Part shown: positions 36,631-40,949 of the stretch, in pieces
How positions within the stretch are numbered: position 1 is the first letter of the stretch
Layout of the letters: every line of letters begins with the position of its first letter
Origin: Candidatus Freyarchaeota archaeon
GTDB taxonomy: Archaea; Asgardarchaeota; Jordiarchaeia; Jordiarchaeales; Jordiarchaeaceae
Length of the DNA: 40,949 nucleotides
Reading direction: 5' to 3'
Assembly (NCBI GenBank): GCA_030587365.2
Contig: JAUQZE020000611.1
Coordinates: 1-40,949 of the forward strand
Notes under the pieces: generated by a model
Told to the model about the DNA's origin: nothing
Databases searched by the model: none
The model's input: the letters and a program-made list of their open reading frames with translations, nothing else
Translations under genes and position numbers: made by a program

Positions 36631-39600
36631 ATGACGAACGCCAGTAAAGAGATGCAAGAATACTTTAAGACGATAGAAACTAGTTTTGATAATTTATACA
36701 ATATCGTAAGAGAGGCACGTAGCAGGAGATTTGACCCATCTATTGAGCCTGAGATTTTGACTGCAAAAGATGTTGCTGCAAGAGTCGAAGGATTGATTGG
36801 ACTTAAGGGCGTAGCAGAACGTATAAGAGAATTAAGCACAAAAATGACTAGAGATGAAGTAGCTTTTAAGATCGCAGAAGAAGTAGTCTATAGGACGATT
36901 GGGAATCTAAATAATGACGAAGAAGTTGCAGATAAAGCCATTCGTCTGGCATTAGCTCTATTAACTGAGGGGGTTACCGCAGCCCCCATTGAGGGAATAG
37001 CAGATATTAAAATTAAAAGGAATCCTGATAATACTGAATATCTCGCAATCTATTTTGCTGGACCTATTAGATCCGCCGGGGGAACGGAACAAGCAAAGAC
37101 TGTTCTAGTGGCGGATTTTGTAAGAAGGCTTCTTCACTTAGATAGGTATAAACCTACAGATGACGAAATTGAACGCTTCGTAGAAGAGATCGATTTATAT
37201 GAACATAGAGTAACCCACCTACAATATCCTTCAACCCCCGATATGATAAGAAGGGTCTTGAAAAATCTTCCAGTCGAGGTAACAGGTGAACCCACCGATA
37301 CAATAGAAGTTTCAGGTCATCGAAATCTCCCAAGAATTGAAACAAATCAGTTAAGAGGCGGGGCGATTCTTGTACTAAATGATGGTTTAATTGGCAAAGC
37401 TTCAAAAATTAAAAAAATTGTTGATCGCATGGGCTTCGAAGGATGGGAATGGCTATCAGAGTCTAAAGAGAAAAAAGAGAAGTTGGAAGTGAAGCCCAGC
37501 ACAACCTATCTGGCAGACGTTATTGCTGGCAGACCAGTTTTTGGAGAACCCTCGGCTGCTGGTAGTTTTCGGCTCAGATACGGTCGTTCAAGAAACACAG
37601 GACTTTCAGCAGTCGGTATTAACCCTGCAACTATGATTGTTTTAGACGAATTCTTAGCTCCAGGGACACACATTCGCACAGAAAGACCTGGTAAGGGTGC
37701 AATAGTTCTACCTGTGGACAGTATTGAAGGGCCTATTGTGAAGACATTGGACGGTTCGGTCGTAAAGATCAATACCATAAAGGAAGCCATGGAAGTTGCT
37801 AAAAAAATAGATAAAATCTTGTTTCTAGGAGATCTTCTAGTAGCGTTTGGAGAGTTTTTGGAAAATAATCATCCCTTAGTTCCCTCTGCCTACTGTGAAG
37901 AATGGTGGATTCAAGAACTCAAGAAAAAAATCAGTGAAAAATTTGGCGAAGATATTCAGGGTGCTTCTAGTTTTATAGGCATCAACAAAGAACGTTTAGA
38001 ACGTATGATTGAAGACCCCTTTTATTTCAAACCAACTGCCAAAGAGGCGTTAAACATTAGTGAGGCGCTAGGGGTACCCCTTCATCCTGAATACACATAT
38101 TATTGGCACGATATACACGCTGATGAAGCCATGGAACTTCAAAAATGGTTAGAAAAAGTGGAGGTGAACGAAAAGGGCGAAATTGCTTCAAAAGCACCGA
38201 AAGGCATCAAAGAAATTTTGGAGAGGCTCGGTGTTCCCCACAAGTTTAAAGATAATAAAATCATAATCTCTGAGCACACTCCAGTTTTAATGAGATGCCT
38301 ATCGAAAAATAGGGTGGGGCAAAAAATTTCATTCTACCAATTTGGAGAGGGAATGAGTGGTCTTGATGTGGTAAAATCGCTCTGTGATATACCTATAAGA
38401 GAAAGAGCCCCAATTTATGTTGGGGCAAGAATGGGGAGACCAGAAAAGGCTAAAGAAAGAATGCTTTCCCCTCCGGTGCATGTTCTGTTTCCAGTTGGAT
38501 TGGAAGGAGGAAGTACAAGAAATATAGTTAAAGCCGCAGAGAAAGGAGTAATCTCTATTGAGGTAGCAAAAAGGATCTGTCCTGACTGTGAAACCGTAAC
38601 TTACAATAACTTTTGTCTTTCCTGTAAAAAAGAAACCTTGGCGATAAACACTTGCTCACAGTGCGGTTTTTCCCAAAAAAACGTCGCGGCTTGCCCTAGA
38701 TGCGGGGGAAAAATGCAACCATACGAAACTAGAAAAATAAATATTAAAGATGAACTCCAAAGAGCTATGAGAAAAATTGGAGAAGAGAAGGTCACCGAAG
38801 TAAAAGGCGTTCGGGGGTTAATCAGTGAATCAAAAATTCCAGAACCCCTAGAAAAGGGTATCCTCCGAGCCAAATACGACCTATATGTTTACAAAGACGG
38901 TACAGTGAGATTTGACGCCACCGACGCTCCCCTTACTCATTTCACACCTAAGGAAATATCGGTGTCAGTAGAAAAACTACGCAAGCTGGGGTACACTCAC
39001 GATTATAAAGGAATGCCTTTGGAGAATGAAAACCAAATAGTAGAGTTAAAACCTCAAGACGTGATAATTTCAGAGAACTGTGCCCATTATCTTGTAAGAG
39101 TAGCTAACTTTATAGACGAACTCCTAACTAAATTCTACATGATGCCAGCATACTACCAAATAAAGAGCCCTGGAGATCTTGTTGGCCACCTTATAGTAGG
39201 TCTCGCCCCACATACGTCAGTAGGTATTGTTGGACGTATCATTGGTTTCACAAAAGCTCAAGTTTGTTATGCACACCCGTACTGGCATGCCGCAAAAAGA
39301 AGGAACTGTGATGGGGACGAAGATTCTATAATGCTCGCACTAGATCCCTTATTGAACTTCTCTAAATTATTTGTGCCCAAAAAGAGGGGGGGAATGATGG
39401 ATACCCCCCTAGTTATATCGGTGCATTTGGATCCTCAGGAGGTAGATAGTGAGTCGCATAATATGGACGTAATGGCACAGTACCCCCTAGAATTTTACGA
39501 GAAAACTCTAAATTATGAGGATCCGAAAAACAATGAGAAGTTAATAGATATAATTGCACACAGGCTCGGTAAACCGGAACAGTATGAAAATTTCAAATTT

Positions 39601-40059
39601 ACCCATCCAACCAGAGAAATATTTCAGGGCCCCCTAAAATCAAAGTATAAGGAACTCAACACTATGCTGGAAAAGGTAGAAGCCCAATTGGAACTATCAA
39701 ACAAGATAAGAGCATCGAATGCAAAGATGGTCGCCATTAAAATAACTCAAAAACACTTTATCCGTGACATTGCAGGCAACTTAAAAGCATTTTCCACACA
39801 AAAAAGTCGATGCCTAAATTGTAACAAAAAGTATAGGCGCCCCCCTCTTCAAGGAAAATGCACATCCTGCGGAGGAAAGCTGGTTTTAACAGTGCATCAA
39901 GCAGGAATAGAGAAGTACCTCCCCTTTGCATTATCCATTGCAGATAGATTTGATTTGCCACCATATATAAAACAGAGACTAAACCTGCTCAAGCAAAACA
40001 TTGGTTTAATATTTGAGGAGGAAAAGGTTAAACAAGCAAAGCTGATTGAATTCTGCTAA
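36631..40059 (+). CDS. polC: DNA polymerase II (PolD) large subunit DP2
   Basis: About 1140 aa. Conserved blocks include YFAGPIRSAGGTEQA, GRPVFGEPS..GSFRLRYGRSRNTG, VGARMGRPEKAKER, Cys4 clusters (CPDC...CLSC, CSQC...CPRC, CLNC...CTSCGG) and RNCDGDEDS. No intein-sized insertion is present. ATG 36631 is preferred (GGAG 8 nt upstream) over 36601. Confidence 0.93.
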   Translation: MTNASKEMQEYFKTIETSFDNLYNIVREARSRRFDPSIEPEILTAKDVAARVEGLIGLKGVAERIRELSTKMTRDEVAFKIAEEVVYRTIGNLNNDEEVADKAIRLALALLTEGVTAAPIEGIADIKIKRNPDNTEYLAIYFAGPIRSAGGTEQAKTVLVADFVRRLLHLDRYKPTDDEIERFVEEIDLYEHRVTHLQYPSTPDMIRRVLKNLPVEVTGEPTDTIEVSGHRNLPRIETNQLRGGAILVLNDGLIGKASKIKKIVDRMGFEGWEWLSESKEKKEKLEVKPSTTYLADVIAGRPVFGEPSAAGSFRLRYGRSRNTGLSAVGINPATMIVLDEFLAPGTHIRTERPGKGAIVLPVDSIEGPIVKTLDGSVVKINTIKEAMEVAKKIDKILFLGDLLVAFGEFLENNHPLVPSAYCEEWWIQELKKKISEKFGEDIQGASSFIGINKERLERMIEDPFYFKPTAKEALNISEALGVPLHPEYTYYWHDIHADEAMELQKWLEKVEVNEKGEIASKAPKGIKEILERLGVPHKFKDNKIIISEHTPVLMRCLSKNRVGQKISFYQFGEGMSGLDVVKSLCDIPIRERAPIYVGARMGRPEKAKERMLSPPVHVLFPVGLEGGSTRNIVKAAEKGVISIEVAKRICPDCETVTYNNFCLSCKKETLAINTCSQCGFSQKNVAACPRCGGKMQPYETRKINIKDELQRAMRKIGEEKVTEVKGVRGLISESKIPEPLEKGILRAKYDLYVYKDGTVRFDATDAPLTHFTPKEISVSVEKLRKLGYTHDYKGMPLENENQIVELKPQDVIISENCAHYLVRVANFIDELLTKFYMMPAYYQIKSPGDLVGHLIVGLAPHTSVGIVGRIIGFTKAQVCYAHPYWHAAKRRNCDGDEDSIMLALDPLLNFSKLFVPKKRGGMMDTPLVISVHLDPQEVDSESHNMDVMAQYPLEFYEKTLNYEDPKNNEKLIDIIAHRLGKPEQYENFKFTHPTREIFQGPLKSKYKELNTMLEKVEAQLELSNKIRASNAKMVAIKITQKHFIRDIAGNLKAFSTQKSRCLNCNKKYRRPPLQGKCTSCGGKLVLTVHQAGIEKYLPFALSIADRFDLPPYIKQRLNLLKQNIGLIFEEEKVKQAKLIEFC

Positions 40060-40134
40060 TTATTTGACTAATTCTGAAAAATATAGCCAGGAGAAAAATT
40101 ATGGTAAATCTTAATAGGACATGAGAGGGTAAAA

Positions 40135-40410
40135 ATGTCTCCTATCTGGAGAAAAAAGGTGTATGAGGCTAAGGCTATTTTAAGAAAAAAGCGAAATGTT
40201 ACACCCGGAATAGAAACTAGGACATTAATACTTGAGCTGATTAAACGCGAACCAAAAACAACCAGTGAAATAGCAAAAGAACTAAACATGTCATATTCAA
40301 GAGTTCTGTTACAGCTAAGGAATATGACAAGAGAAGGCATCGTGGGAAAGACCGAGCAAAAACCAAGTCAATGGTACTTAACTGGGCAGGGCCAACAAGT
40401 CTTACTATAA
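40135..40410 (+). CDS. Small winged-helix DNA-binding protein (ArsR/MarR-like)
   Basis: A 91-aa protein with RTLILELIKREPKTTSEIAKELNMSYSRVLLQLRNMTREGIV. GAGGG lies upstream of the ATG. Confidence 0.65.
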   Translation: MSPIWRKKVYEAKAILRKKRNVTPGIETRTLILELIKREPKTTSEIAKELNMSYSRVLLQLRNMTREGIVGKTEQKPSQWYLTGQGQQVLL

Positions 40411-40837
40411 CTTAATTCTCTTCCTCTTTAGTCGATGAAAGATTCCAAATCAATCTTGAATAGGTTCAACATTACACAATTAATATACACGAAATCAAAT
40501 TTAGGACATGGATGCAAAATTTGAGCCATAGAAAAAGGTCATAACCTGTTATTATCCTTTTTTGGGGGAAGAGTTTATGGGATTTTTATCCCGCAAAAGT
40601 GCTATTAAAAAGGAAAAGAGCCTTCCCTTAAGCATCTCCCGCTCATTCACTTCTAGTTTGAGTAGAAACTAAGAGTATAGTTACCTAAAACTGAAGAATA
40701 TGGTGGCGAAAACTAGCAAATAAGCATGATTGGCTTATCCCATTTTTATGACAGCACTCTCTACACAAAGGTTATCCCCAAAAATATGATGTAATAAATT
40801 TCCTCTTGAGAGCAAAACTAAAAAATAGGTGTTTACA

Positions 40838-40847
40838 CTTAATGATA
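40838..40847 (+). promoter_or_regulatory. Candidate TATA-like box for the tRNA gene
   Basis: The element cttaatgata is centred ~24 nt upstream of the tRNA 5' end (40866), preceded by an A-rich stretch. The call rests on position only. Confidence 0.3.
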
Positions 40848-40865
40848 GTGCAGATTACGAAGATT

Positions 40866-40949
40866 GGGCGCATGGTCTAGTGGTTATGACACCGCGTTCA
40901 CACCGCGGTAAATCCTTTTTTGGGGAGCCGAATCCCCGGTTCGAATCCG
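40866..40949 (+). tRNA. tRNA-Val (anticodon CAC), truncated at the window end, with a ~21-nt insertion between the anticodon arm and the T arm
   Basis: Acceptor GGGCGCA. D arm GTC/TAGTGGTTAT/GAC. Anticodon arm CCGCG-TTCACAC-CGCGG, with U33, anticodon CAC at 40899-40901 and A37. T arm CCCGG-TTCGAAT-CCG... runs off the edge. There are 26 nt (40909-40934) where 4-5 are expected. Confidence 0.8.

Noticed and set aside
40577-40672. 31-codon ORF (MGFLSRKSAIKKEKSLPLSISRSFTSSLSRN) between the small wHTH gene and the tRNA
   Set aside because: It is Ser/Lys-rich low-complexity sequence with no family resemblance. It was not reported as a gene.
1-40949. CRISPR arrays, IS elements, integrases or defence islands (including near the tRNA)
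   Set aside because: I saw no regularly spaced direct repeats. No transposase, integrase or nuclease-toxin-like ORFs are present. The window is essentially housekeeping plus metabolic genes.

Overview
The window is a gene-dense, AT-rich archaeal chromosome segment. It holds about 40 protein genes and one truncated tRNA. I saw no CRISPR array, transposase or integrase. Archaeal markers are clear: the PolD large subunit, the proteasome/SBDS/exosome/L37Ae/Pcc1/prefoldin super-operon, ArcS plus RaSEA, KEOPS subunits, and ribosomal proteins uL2/uL3/uL4. The most important feature is missing from the supplied ORF track. The reverse strand of bases 1-815 encodes the N-terminal ~271 residues of a eukaryote-like actin that runs off the window edge. 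Together with the archaeal core genes, this points to an Asgard archaeon (inference). Other notable content: (i) a co-directional sulfonate/coenzyme-M-type cluster (ComA, ComB, ThrC-like cysteate-synthase candidate, ComD/ComE) placed directly downstream of a nucleotidyltransferase plus CDP-alcohol phosphatidyltransferase pair; (ii) a soluble MtrA-MtrH fusion (CmtA-like corrinoid methyltransferase) next to a tandem-duplicated thymidylate-synthase-like protein whose two halves keep complementary subsets of active-site residues; (iii) a redoxin coupled to a class III ribonucleotide reductase; (iv) an alpha-SNAP-like helical-repeat protein; (v) non-canonical ribosomal gene order L2-L3-L4 with no L23; (vi) a tRNA-Val(CAC) with a ~21-nt insertion between the anticodon arm and the T arm; (vii) heavy use of TTG/GTG starts preceded by GGAGG-type Shine-Dalgarno motifs. 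All calls rest on reading the translations and on recalled family motifs. No database search, HMM or folding program was run.
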